Shown here piece by piece: positions 36,720 to 49,269 of a stretch of 64,000 nt of DNA. The position numbers were made by a program, and so were the translations under genes. Source of the DNA: Ramazzottius varieornatus (lineage: Eukaryota > Animalia > Tardigrada); contig BDGG01000014.1 of NCBI GenBank assembly GCA_001949185.1, positions 62,001 to 126,000 of the forward strand. The letters are read 5' to 3'. Every line of letters begins with the position of its first letter. Position 1 is the first letter of the stretch. The notes beneath the pieces are model-generated. The model did not search any database, was not told the DNA's origin, and saw only the letters and a list, made by a program, of their open reading frames with translations.

Positions 36720-39467
36720 ATGAGCATGCGCGAGCAGAAAAACGCTTCTGAGCCTCCCACATCGGCAGGATTATCACCATCCGGTTCGCATCCCCTCTCC
36801 AGTGTACCTTCTACATCCCGTGGGATCAGTGGAGCAGCCGATGTGGTCAAGAATAATTTCTCTAGAAACTCTCATCCCAAAATCGCCGAAGGTATACAAT
36901 GTCCTTGATCAACTAATCAATCTACACCCAGCCTAGTCAAGCAAACTGGCTAGACACCTCGAGAAATTTCGAGCTGTAAGATTTTCGGCCTGCTACGGCA
37001 CACGGCGCAGTCGATCACGTGGTTCGCAGGTATTTCTACAGGGACCACGTGAAGCACTGCGCGTTTGAAACTGACGAACGAATGGGTGGAGTTTGACACT
37101 CGAAATTGGCAGACGAGCCAATTACCACCGCCACCTGGCTCCGGTCCCTTAATAAGCGTGTTCTCACGTGGGTTATCGCAGAAGTTATGTGTCGGCTTGA
37201 CCACGTGGTCTGTGGTAACGGGTGAATTACCGTACAGATTTTGTCGTAGTAGCTACCACATTTTTCCCAAATAAATTCGAATTATTTTTAAATTTTTTCT
37301 GACCATCGCTTTCTCTTCCAGGTGCACTTCCTCCGGGATCCACCACCTTGCCTGACGTCCTCTCAAATGTATCAACAAAGATGCGAGTCTCATTCACCTT
37401 GTCTGCCAGCAGCGCTTCCAAGTTACGCGATCTGGTGGACTTTAGCCGTGAGCAACTGGCGCAGTTGGGCATCGTCAAAGGCAACGTTGGCGACGACTCG
37501 TCTTCCTCCGATGCTGATCCAGCCTCATTGCCTCCTCATTTCAGCCCCGTACTTCGGACAGCAGCTGTCTCGCAAGCACAGGCTATGCTGCCCCCCGTCT
37601 CCACCAAACCCACCACGGCGTCGAAGAAAGGACAGAACAAAATGCTTCCACCAAAAGCTAAACCGAGTGTTCCCTCGTCAGACACACAACGCAAAGTCCA
37701 GCAGCTTCTCAACACAATCCATGCAAGTCAGCAACGCTCTGATGGCTCACCAGCACACTCGTCTGCCCTTCCTAACGGAATAGTCAAAGTGATATCGAAT
37801 CTATCTCCAACCCAAGAGAACATTTCCACCTCGTTATCAAAAGGTACAGTTTAGCCAATCAACTATTCGTTTTGCGGTCTAGTCGCTTGATTGATCGCGC
37901 CGTTTTTGGTTCAGTGAATCAATCAAACAGTATCAACTGTGATTGTAGGTTCACCAACAATACTTCAGCCCAACGTTGTCGCTTCGACTTCCGAGCCGAT
38001 CCCTCTTTCCAGTTCGCCCATAACAACCATGGCAGCTCCCACTGGACCATTTCCTTTCGCCAGCATGACCAAAGTAGCTTCCACCATCAAAAGCAACCCT
38101 CCAACGTCTCATCAAAACCCGAGCAGTCCCAACGCCATCATCACACCTTCCTCCCCCTTCCTTAAACCCACCATCGCCCCCACTTCCATCAAGAAACTCT
38201 CCGGACGCTCTATCGCAGACGCTTCACCCCTTCTCTCCAACCTTCTCAAGAACTCGGAGCCGGAAAACGAGAAAGAAATGAAAGAAACTGCAAAAGAAAC
38301 ACATTCGAATGTTAAACCGACTACGAATAACCTTCCGGTTTTGCCTTCTGTAGTTTCCCCTAAAGAACCCCCGAAGAAGACACCGAGAAAGAGGAAAGAC
38401 GCTCCGTCGCCCATAGCAGAAGAGAAACCGGTGAAAGCAGTGACGAGACCGCGGAAGAAGAAGAAGATCGAAAGCGCTTCGTTTCCGCTTCCTCCAACAC
38501 AAAGCATCGCACCGGCGTCCGCTGTCTACCAAATGGCCGTGCTCGGTCCGAACTCTACGCTCTTTCACCTGCCCACCAACCCCGGGAAGCCAAATGAGCT
38601 GAACACGGCCACGTTGATCGTCCTGCCGAAGAGTAGCACTTCGGTGCAGTTCCAGTCGACGCCGCAGCAGAGCTCGCCGAGGGTCAGTGAAGGCGCGAGT
38701 TTGCTGAGCCAGCTAGTGACACTTCCTGTGACGAACGGACCGAAAGTGAATAGGAAAGAGTCAACAAAGAGCAGAGAGGCAAAGGTGGACCGTGCGGAAC
38801 ATCCGATGGTCAATGGCGTCGATCATCCGGCCAAGAAGGCGACGGGACATTCCACCGAGAAGACAAACGAAGGCAGAAGTGAGTCAGCCATGTTTTCCAC
38901 TAGCATCCTCGAACCAGTGGATAAAAGTTACTTTGAATTTTTTATCATACCCGACATCGGAAGGTCGAAGAAAACAGGTTTTCAAATGAAATGCAAGCTC
39001 GGAAAACGATCTTGGGGCAGACGATTTTTCAGGTGTTGCAACCTTCGGCCAGTAACATCGAAGCAATGCGCCACTTGGGAAAACGGTCCTACCGAGTTTT
39101 CCCAAGTAAAGCACTCTTTTAACCAATAACACTGTAAGCGTGCGCCACTTGGCAGAGCTTCCTTGTCCCGTTTGCTCGCAAGCAGCCTTTGATATTCGAA
39201 ATGACGTTTCGAAAGACACTCAGCGGCAAGCACGTGTAATTCGGAACTGAAATTGATATTGCTGTTGTTGTTCCTAATTTTTCTTATTACTTTTCTAGGT
39301 ACGGTTTCTTCGGTGAAAGTGCCTGAAGAATCTCCTACCGTTCCGCCAGTAACATTCAAGGTCCCCATAAGTCTGAACGGATCCGAGAGGACTCCTTCCG
39401 TGGAAGTTTCGAATAGCACCAGCAGCACAACGTCTTCCGCACTTCCGCTGGAAACGGCACCGACATA
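36720..39467 (+). CDS. NCOA6: Nuclear receptor coactivator 6-like
   Basis: KMRVSFTLSASSASKLRDLVDFSREQLAQLGIV resembles the NCOA6 N-terminal domain, SPLLSNLL matches the NCOA6 LxxLL box, and the rest is S/P/T-rich. Approximate exons 36720-36891, 37322-37843, 37949-38927, 39299-39467. Confidence 0.72.
38995..39183. repeat. Intronic palindromic element copy E (two modules), NCOA6 intron
   Basis: AAGCTCGG start, TGCGCCACTTGG twice, CCCAAGTAAAGCAC. Confidence 0.75.
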
Positions 39468-40134
39468 GTCAAAGATTTGTTCTTTCTGAGCTTGAGGCAG
39501 ATTTGATGGACAGACAGAGGCCAAAGATGCCCTTCAGTATTGGTGTTTTCTCGCTCTCACACAATGGTATGAACTTCTCCTTGTAAAAGTTTTTCATGCT
39601 TGTGAGAATGAAGAGAGGAGAGAATATTGGATGTGTGCCAGAGTTGTTTCCCTTGATTTCCTTGAATACCGGTAGCATCTGTGTTTTTACCTTTTAGTCT
39701 GTAAATTAAGAAGCTAAGCATAGCAAACGCAGCAGAGCAACGTGTCAATCTGTGTAGACTTTTCTCGTCCTCAAAATGTGTACATACAAAAATGGACAAA
39801 TATTCAGCATGTTGTTGTTCTGTTTTCTTCTTGTTCTCAACTTCAAAATTTCTAATAAATTCTCTGAATAACGTTGATTCGTCGGCACCACCAACAAAAC
39901 GAAGAAAGGTATTTGTCAGGTGGAACACAACGTAGAAATATCACGAGAAATGTAATGGTAACGGTAAATCCTGATTCACACTCGTGAAAAAAATCGAGAA
40001 GTTATTTTGCACAGAAGAAAATTGTCAAAACGATTAAAGGGTATTTTACTGTACATTTGGTGAGCTATCCTATTATTCCAGGCAATTCTAAATTTCATTT
40101 TGACTTCGCTAATTTTGAAGAGAAATTCATGAGG

Positions 40135-42964
40135 CTACATTGTTTCATCCCCGTCTTCATCGGAATCATCGGAACTGGCAGATTCTTCCGAGCTCTGCAC
40201 TTCTACTGTCTCCCGGGCGTCCCGCGACTCCTTTTCATCGTTGGGTTGCCGATAAGTCCACAGTACTTGCAAACCATCCCACTGAAAACACAGAAAAATA
40301 TCCGTAAATTAACACAATATTATTTGGGAACTCGGCAAGCAACTCAACAAGGCTGCTTCTTCGTGCGGCGCACGTATTTGATGTTATTAGCCATTGGCGT
40401 GCGCTATTTGATCCTGTCGAGTTTCCAAGTGGCGCCCGTTTCGAGCGTTACGGGCTGCACAGGTGCGTCACTTGGATGAACGATCTTGTCGAGTTTACTT
40501 ACGACAGAGTCCGACACTTGTGGCATTGATAAAATACTTACACCGGTGCTGATTATTTCTGGTCGAGAAGGATGCCAAGAAACGTCACGAACTACCAGCA
40601 TGTGTTCTTTCATCTTGCGAACAGTCTCACCGGTGAGCGTGTCAAAAACTGCATATCATGAAGATTAAGCCCGTCTGAATTTACGATTTTTTCCTACCGC
40701 AAAACTTCATCGGTCGTAAAGAATATTAACAGTCTTTCCTTACCGATAACATGGCCAGCGTTATCACCAGTATAAATATAGCGAGAAACCGTCGATTCAT
40801 ACGGCGAGAACCTGGCCCGAATGAGGGTCTGCAAGACAGAGTGGCCTGTGAAGGTAATGATGGACCGATCGCACTTCAACTTCCGCGCGCAACCGGAACC
40901 CTGTCTGTACCGATATCGATAGTCCCACCGGTTTTCTTGCACTGCTTTCTTCGCTTCCTGAAATATAAATTGCGGCATTATCCGAAATCGGTTTCCATAC
41001 AAATGACTGAAAGCTCGGCAAGCAGTTTCAACAAGAGTGGTTTCCAAAGTGGCGTAAACCTGCGGTTAAAATGGCTGGAAGCGCGCGCTAGGTGGAATAC
41101 TTAACAATAGCGTTTTCGCAAGCGACGCTCAATTTCGGTACGATGGCTGGCATTGTGCGTCACTTAGAAAAGCAATATTGTCGAGTTTATTTGCGGAGCC
41201 CCAAATCATTTTCGATCCAACTTTACGTCAGGATACTAAACTGAATAAATTCTCGAATAAAAAGCCGTGATATTTTCGAGTGAAAAAAAAGGAGCGCGAA
41301 GAGTTACCACAAGGCCTTCTTCGTTCGAAAGACAGCGAATGTCCCACAGCTTGATGCTCTGGTCCTTCGAGTTGGACAGAAGGTGCCGACCGTCGGCGTG
41401 CGGGTCCAACTGAAAGAAAGAAAACAGCTCTTGATGTCCGAAGAGCGCAAACTCTTGAAAAGGCAGGTCAAAGCTACCGTCGAACTCACGTAAGTGATGC
41501 CGTGTTTGTGGCCGAGGAAGAGGCCGCAGCATTTCGGGTTGCTCTCCGACAAGTTTCTGCGGTCCCACACCCGGATGATGCCATCATCTCCCCCGCTGTA
41601 CAGAATATGCGAGGTATTATCGGCAAACGCCACCGTATTCACATCGTCCGAGTGGGTCTTGATCTTTTGCGAACGACCAGTGGCCAGGCTGACCACATAA
41701 ACGTGCCCGAAGTTCGCTCCAGCTGGAACCGGAAGTAACCGTCAATCACCCAATTCAAAATCCAGACGGAAACTCACTCACCAAGTATTTCGGTGTCGTC
41801 ATGAGAAAACATCAACGAGAATACTCCGCAGTGTTGTCCATCGGGTTTGAGAGGCACAGCAAGGTGGGTTGAATCGTCGCGAACGGACGCAATGTGAACG
41901 GCATCAGACCAAGAACTGTAAGCGAGGTAGCGTCCATCGGAAGATAGCCGCACATCTAACTGGATAAAAAATCAGGAAAAATTAGAAAGTAGCATTTGGA
42001 CGGAAGGGCGGGTGGGATACTACGTACAACACTCCAGCCGACGTCTCGAGCATCAAAGCTTCGTATCAGCTTCAGCGGTTCGTCTCTGGCGACGCTCCGC
42101 GACGTGTCGAACACCCTGATGCACTGATCCTGACCGGAGGCCAGAAAGACCTCCCCGTCTTGGCTATGCAGTCCGCAGAATAGCTTCTCATCAATCTGCA
42201 TCAGCTTGGACGGTGAGTTGGGAATGCATTTGTGCATCAGGCGGACTTTCTCCGTGGTTCGCAGGCCGTAGTACTCCCTGGTGAGAAGAGGGTAGTGCGG
42301 AATGGTCGCTGTCTGCTTTCCCAGCATCCCATCTAGACCGCTATTGGCGAGCACGCGTTGCTTATAGTCACTCTTATCCATGATGCCCATGTCCGCTATC
42401 GCCTCCCAGGTTTGCTCCGTCTCCTCGTCTTGCGAAAGGTTGCTGTAGAAAGCATACACAGACATTTTTTTCCGATGGGCACGGAGAACATAGTGATCAG
42501 CTGATCACCAAATTACTAATCAAAAGACAAATTTTCGCCTGCGCGACGCGCTTGACCACGTGCGGCAGCTCCATTTATGACAGCCCACGTGGCTCTCCCC
42601 GCCACTGCGAGGTAGGAATAAGGCCTACAGTGCCCAGACCAACATTCGCTTGTTGCCTGCCATACCGTAGTATGAAACTGGCTCATGGTTAGCCCGTATG
42701 AATCATTTACCGGAGCAAGCCGCGTCGTCCAGGCATCGCAGCAACACCACGCAAATTCAATTGTCCAGATCGGTACAAGCTCTCCAAAATATTCAGGATA
42801 TCCGCTCCTCGATGGCCTCCTTGATGGCGCCGTGGTTCCAGCCGAGCGGGACGAGGATCTGCTTCGGGCTGCGCTTCGTGGTTGAGGTTGCGTCCTTCTT
42901 CTTCGTCTTCGTTCATCTCCTGGTCCTCGTCGTCATCTGCGTCTCGCGAAGCGCGTGCACCCAT
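40135..42964 (-). CDS. DCAF11: DDB1- and CUL4-associated factor 11 (WDR23), multi-exon
   Basis: MGARASR start, ARDVGWSV, YSSWSDAVH, HSDDVNTVAFAD..SHILYSGGDDG..RVWDRR, LSNSKDQSIKLWDIR, WDYRY, GHSVLQTLIRARFSP, VRDVSWHP, WDG. Confidence 0.96.
40328..40512. repeat. Intronic palindromic element copy F (two modules), DCAF11 intron
   Basis: AACTCGGCAAGCAACTCAACAAG ... CCAAGTGGCGC ... GTGCGTCACTTGGATGAACGATCTTGTCGAGTTT. Confidence 0.8.
41011..41200. repeat. Intronic palindromic element copy G (two modules), DCAF11 intron
   Basis: AAGCTCGGCAAGCA ... AAGTGGCG ... GTGCGTCACTT ... TTGTCGAGTTTATTTGCGGAGC. Confidence 0.75.
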
Positions 42965-43679
42965 CAATTAAAATCTGTAAAATTCAAACCAAGCTGAAAT
43001 CTTCAAACGTTGCAATCTTACAACGGAAAAACTGTTCGCACAGTGAAATATGTTTGTTTGTACAGCGGGGTGTCAGAGAAGGATCAGATTAATTATTTCT
43101 GAGTAGCGATTTTCGCAATGGTAAATCCATAAAAATGATAAAACACCCAGTGCGCTTGGCGACGCACCTTCGTGCGCACACCGTGCATGCAGTCGTGGTA
43201 GTAGCATTTTGTATCAGTTGATTGGAAGCCTGATCAAGTTATTGTCTGGCCTCGGCCCTCGGGGTTCTTTCGTCTGTACCTTGTCGGCAAGTCTAGCTCG
43301 CGGTAGGAGCTTCAGCTAGCGGATCATCCGACAGAAGTCAACTTTATGCTGTGGCATGGAAGAAATTAGTCAACGAGTCAAGATATATACATGGAAAGAG
43401 CGAAGATATCAGCGAAACATGCAATAATATCCACAGAAAAACTTGTGCTCACAATGGTGCTTAATTTGCGCTCGGCGATTCAGTAATGAAAGAACTTCTT
43501 TTGTACAATTTTCTACAAAGAACCAATAAAGCTATAATTTAAGCAATAATATGGCAAGGACCAAAACACATTAACGAAGTGAATGGATGGAACGGGTAAA
43601 CCCAAAACAAAATACTGCAAACGGGCTAGCTACATTCAAAACCGGAATTCAGTTTCCATGCATAACGGGTATGGGCGAA

Positions 43680-45310
43680 TCACTGAGCAGCGGACGAAGC
43701 TTCAGAGTTGCCCTTGGCTTTCTTGTTTTTCCTGTAACGTTTCTTCTTGGCATTCTTTGCAGCAACGTTTCGTTGCGACTGCTCCTCGTCCACTTCCACG
43801 ACGTCCTGGCGAAAAATTCCATAGTGTAAACTGGAATCTCGCTAAAACTAGACCAGATCCTTCATCCAAGTGACGCACACGTCCAGCCGATAACACTGAA
43901 AATGTGCGCTACTCGGAACAAGGATCTGGTCGAGCTTGTTCGGCAGTGGTTGCCGAGCTTCCAATTCCAGCGTTCTTCGAAAGAAAGTTCCTACCTCCAG
44001 AGCTCCAAAGGCGGCGTCCACCTCTAGTCCAGAGTCCGAATCCTGGTTTCGTCCAAAAGAGAGAGAGGAGAAGTCATTCTGAAACGAGCAACCATGGAGT
44101 TGTCACACGAAGCACGGAAAAAACGGCGGACTATCGCTCCGCCAAGATGTCTTATGGTCATCTTGTGCACGAATAAACACAAAAGCCCTCTTGTACACTC
44201 ACGGACAAATCTGTAGCGTCACTTTCACTAGCAGTCCGCCTTGAATCTTTCGCCTGTCTTTTTTCTCGCTTTTTCATGGCCTTCTGCTTCTGTTGCAGAA
44301 TGCACGAGCTCGGCCGGTAGGTGTTTTTCATGATCTTCTCGCTGAATGAAACGCGTTTCCGTACCACGGAAACGTCATCGTTGGAGTTCGAGTCCGAGAA
44401 GACTGCATCGTTGCACCGGAACTCCGGCCAGGTGACGTCCAACGTCGGCGAAGAGTTCGAGCTTCCGCGATCGCTTTCGGCAGACTCTGTCCAGTCCGAC
44501 ACGGAGTACGAACTGCAACGCGAACGCTTCAGGATACCTCGAACAGCTCGCAGCTCGCAGGAAGGTGAGGGAAGACAGGCGTCATCCGACGATTGAGAAG
44601 GAAGACTCGTTTGTCTTCCAAGCATTTCCTACAGCAAAAACAAAGAACGATATCATACTAAAATTTAGTTTCACAGGACTTTTCGCAGCTTACCAAAGTG
44701 TGTTTCTTGCGTTTGGCATCTTCAGATCTGCAATAAAATACAATAGCTCGTTAGTGTAAAGGCAATGCATTGCTCCGAGCAATAGGTGCAGCAAAGGTAC
44801 CGATTTTCTGGAAATATCGATCTATCGATGCAATGGTAAACAATGAAAAAACGGTCGATCAAAAGGTGCAACTGTAGAGTTTGCTTGATTGGGCTTCCGC
44901 CCTAAAGACCGCAATGTAACAAGATCACGCTCCCATCAATACAACGCGCGCCTGACGTCGAGGTGAATGAGCTTACAACGCCCGCAGCAACTGACGTTTG
45001 CGCCACTTGGAACAGCAAGCAACTGATACAGTCATCTGGTTGGAGTTCAATCAAGCAAATGCGACAGTGCACTCTGGAGTACATCTTCTTCGCCCTTTTC
45101 AGTTTTCTGACGGTATCTTCCCTCCGACTGTAAAACTGCTACGCGGTTCAACTTACGGTTCTTTCGAGGATAATCCAGTAGCATCAGGCTTGCAAGTAGG
45201 ATCGCTGGCAGGCTTTTCTTGCGTGGAGTAGTGCAGGGAGGTATGGCTGGGCATCACAGTGGCAGGTTTGCTAACGTGGTACAGCGGAACGTTCGGTAAG
45301 ATGCATGCAG
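43680..45310 (-). CDS. Ser-rich protein with GILK and RVxF motifs, resembling the C-terminal region of arthropod kintoun; 5' end uncertain
   Basis: Exon ~44199-44628 reads RGILKR...RKRVSFSEKIMKNTYRPSSCILQQKQK...RRTASESD; later exons contain DSDSGLE and a basic tail ending at TGA 43680; canonical splice sites. Confidence 0.6.
43838..43960. repeat. Intronic palindromic element copy H
   Basis: GACCAGATCCTT..CCAAGTGACGCAC ... GTGCGCTACTCGG..AAGGATCTGGTC..TGCCGAGCT. Confidence 0.82.
44919..45048. repeat. Palindromic element copy I (degenerate)
   Basis: ACAAGATC ... TGCGCCACTTGGAAC. Confidence 0.45.
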
Positions 45311-45759
45311 TCTCCATGGCGAAACGCTACAGTTAGATCCTGGCTAAGTCGTAGGAAGGGAGCAATGGAGGTGATTATGTGGCAAAGATGCAATGGAGTG
45401 GAAGGACTGGAATTTGGAAAGAAAAGCTTGGATAAGCAATGAAACAACAAAAAGACCTGGTGGCAGACGTCACAGCTCACGAGGCAGATGAGCTGACCTT
45501 GAACCACCACATCCAGGTAGAAATGATATTTGTGACGTCGTGCGCCGCCTAAAGTGTGATATCATGCACGTGCCGGTCTGACGACTAATGAGCCTCTTCA
45601 GACTTCCCTTCGGAGTTTCAGATTCCAGAATTCAGTTTTTCTTTTCTTCTGGGTTCTGCTTTCTACGGAAGTACCTCTGGCGTTCTCGTTAATCGTGCTC
45701 CGTACGAACGTGTCGGTACGTTTGCAACGTCTTTCGTCTAAGCTTGCGGAAGCTTCAGG

Positions 45760-48729
45760 ATGAAGAACATCGACTGGGGATGGCAGGGAAAGGCGATGAA
45801 GCTGCGAATGCCAGGAGAATACCTTTGAGAATCTGTCCATTCCAGCTGATGTTGTTTTTCGTGCTTTGGACAAAGATGGAAAGTCCAAAGATATTGCGGC
45901 TCATAAGCGAGTATTTCTCGGAGATTCCTTTCATGCACGAAGTATCCTCTGACAAGTTAATAACCTCTATCTGTCCGACTGCTGTGCCAGGCAAAGCGTT
46001 TACAGGACAAATTCGCAGAAATGTGGCAAGAAAGCCGTAGAAACAGAGAGCTATACAGAAGTATAGTGGACATTTAAACAAATAACGAAGGATCGATAAA
46101 ATCTTTGCACCATTTCGTATTGGAGAATTTGAAGGTCGCCAGATAGTTCTTAAAGGCACCAACTGAAAGAAGTTGACCAGGACTAGGGCAGAAGAGAGGA
46201 TCTTTGAGAATCTCTACGGCTACGTAGGCGAAAGAGGCTATCGTCGATTCGTAGGCGTAAGAGGCTATCGACAGGACGCTGGCGCAAAGCTTACGGGCGC
46301 CAAAAGAAATTCTTTGGCCTGGCTTCTTGTTGTCCTTCCTGGCATGTCTCTCTTCAAGATGAGCTGTCCACCTGCAAACATTCCCTTCCAGATCTTAAAT
46401 GCGTTCAGTAAAATACCTTCCAGTCTTCTTTGCCACAATGGATGCCAGCCTACTTCAGCCAGGTGTTGTCGGTACTGCCGGAAGTCCACGTCATGCCGCT
46501 CGTTGCCTTCCAAACAGCCAAAGCGAATTGTCTGCAGGAACTTCTTCTGAATATTCCCGAGCTTCTTCTGCAGACCCTTTCTCGTACTGTGCCACGACGA
46601 CGCGTGGTCCATCACCGAGCGGACGATACTCTTGAAGAGCAGCTGCTTCACCACACCGAAGCGCCGCGGGAAGAAGGCTTTGATCGCGTAGAGTCTTTTT
46701 CTGCATTTGGCAACTACTTTGTCCACTTGTCCGGTCCAGTCTAAGCGGCTTGAGAACGTCACCCCCAGGCACTCGGCTTCTTCTTCAGTTGGAATGGCTT
46801 CTCCGTTGAAGTTGTAACTTCCGGTTGGAATGGCAGTCTTGAAATTCTTGTTGGAAATTCGGAGATGCTGGGACTTCTTTGGATTAATGTCGAGGCCGAC
46901 TTCTTCGCACCACTTCGTCAGGCTGTCCAGGTCTTTCTGCAGGGCGAGGCAGTCTGCTTCGCTGTTCACCTTTCGGTAGAGAACGATGTGATCTGCATAC
47001 TGGAGAACCTTCGAGCTGACCACTCCAGACAGGCCATTGACTGCGACAGTGAAGAGGACAGGTCCCAAAATTGAGCCTTGAGGAACTCCAGACTTAACTT
47101 CACGCTCTCCTTAAAAGAAACCATCAACCATTACCATCAACCGTTTTTGACTTGTGGATAACAGGTTGATCTTGGGGATTGGCAGTCAGGTGTTCTTCGC
47201 CATGTTCTACGGTCCGAACGCGAAGAAGAACGAAGATACGATTATCATACCAAACTACACGGCGGTTGTCTTCAAGATTGTGCTGGGATTCCTGTACTGT
47301 GACCGAATACCGGATAATATAATGACCATCGACCAGCTGATGGATGTTCTGGTGTGTGCCGACCAGTACGGGATTGCTGAACTTAGCACAAGATGCAGAA
47401 GGATCCTTACTGACGAGCTGCGAAGAACAGATGACTTTGGTACACCGGTGCCGGATACCAAACTGATATACGTGCTGAAGAAGGTGTGATGCTTACTTGC
47501 AATACAACATATCAGGCGATGAAATTAATATCCTTTTTCATGTTTCTTTTTCAGGCCTCTGAAACGGGAAATCTGGATGTTGCTCAAGCTGCATCAGAGG
47601 CTCTTTTCGGAAAAGTCAAGAAGTTTCTGTATTCTGCAAAGGTTCCCAGCTATGAATCACTGTACGAATTCGTGAAAGGGACGGAGACACAGCTGGAACC
47701 CAAGGACGAGATCAAAATCTACCAAACTGCCTGCAGGTACAGTAAATAAATAATAATGTGTGAAGTTTGCTTGATAGCCCGGGTACCTCATTTTTAGATG
47801 GGCCAAGGCGCAGCGGGAGGACGAAGTGTCCAAGGGTTTTGCCACGGCGGACGCTGCGCAAAATTATGGGACCACTTTTCCAGGCGATTCGTTTCCCGCT
47901 GATGAGCAGTGCCGAAATTGCAGAAGGACCGGTCAAAGATGGAATGTTCACCCTGGAGGAAATCACCGCTTTGTACCGACAACAGTTCTCTCCCCAACCC
48001 GCTAAACCGAAGCCCTTCACCGATGCAACTTGAAAGACCGACTTCCCGTCCCAAAAGGGCCAGCTGGAGTTCGTGAGTACTGCGACAAGAGACGATGGGG
48101 TTCTGTACGGTCCTGTGAACATTGTTATCTACCCATTCGCTGAAGGTGTGTCGCAAGTGGCAACAGAATTTCTCCGTCTTTGTGCTCAGAACTACAGTTT
48201 TGAGTTGGAGTGTGATGATGATGTTCTAGTCGAAATTCCTACCGAGGAGAATCGGTTTCCTAATTCTGACCTACCTACGGCGATGAGGGAAGAGCTTACT
48301 AAGCTGGACGTTCCTGAGGCGGAGAGGAAGATGTACTTTCTCGATTCGGCGGGGACGGTGGCTTTGCGTTGGGTCGAAACAACAGAATGTGGACTGGGTA
48401 GATATTTCCGCGTGGACATTTCGACTGGGAAAGGACTGGATCGATATCACTGCGCTACGTACGACGGGGTTGTTTTCGAGAGCGTCCATAATTTAAGTAC
48501 GTGTACTGTGAAAGCGCAGTTCAAAATACCTCGTCTCTTTTACGTAGGCCAGCTCGAGATGGATTACGAGACAACGCTGCAGTCTTCCGTCACACCAGTT
48601 TTTTATGTTTGTCCTCGATTTTTTTGTGCTGTTTTTCTTATTTTTGGGTGGGTTTATTTCTCGTCCGATTGGCCCATACCTAGCTGTGGCTTCTGGTATT
48701 TCAGCTTAACGAGGCAATTCAGTCCTTGA
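45760..48729 (+). pseudogene. BTB/POZ-BACK domain gene (BTBD1/2/3/6-like), probably pseudogenised
   Basis: ADVVF..IAAHK|LILGIGSQVFFAMFYG, FKIVLGFLYCD, ADQYGI..L..RC, IRFPLMS. Frameshift near 45810-45827, in-frame TGA at 48031, first intron 45907-47164 has a GC donor and contains a LINE. Confidence 0.8.
45958..47135 (-). mobile_element. 5'-truncated second copy of the LINE, antisense in the BTB intron
   Basis: Near-identical to 7768-8943 including the 3' UTR; has an extra stop at 47111-47113. Confidence 0.95.
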
Positions 48730-48831
48730 CGTATGCGCCTTGAGACTACGAGCCATCACTTGGTTCTAATGTCGAAAAACCGAGTTTTTTTCGGCTAAGC
48801 GGCGATCAAAGCTGCCCTATTCGGGGCTCAG

Positions 48832-49269
48832 GAGGTGCGAAGACCACTTGGAGAACGAATGCCATAAAGTCCGGCGCGCGCACCGTAATCCATGTTTCGG
48901 CAAAATATAAGATTATGAAAGGTGCCGAATCGGTCTGACGTTCCAACTGAGCATCTGATCGGCCCCAAATTTGGAAAGGATACGCGGAATCGGATTCCCA
49001 GCCACATGCATCCAATCCAGCACTTTCGGTCTTCGCTGTAAAATTTTCAAGTCCATATTGCGGGAATGATTACTGACCGAAAGTGCTGGGTTGGATGCAT
49101 GTGGCCGGGGATCTTATTCTACGTCCCCTATTCGAATCCGGAGACAATTCTACGGTTTCCAAATGTTAAGCCTGTGTCTGCACCTTTCATACTTTGCTAT
49201 TTTGCCGAAATAGGATTGTGGCGCGCCCAAACTATATGGCTTTGGGTGCCCAGGTGGTCTACGCACCTC
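48832..49269. mobile_element. Fold-back element with ~200-bp imperfect inverted arms
   Basis: GAGGTGCG.AGACCAC.TGG at both ends; inner arms CCACATGCATCCAA.CCAGCACTTTCGGTC / GACCGAAAGTGCTGG.TTGGATGCATGTGG around a ~43-nt spacer. Confidence 0.82.
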
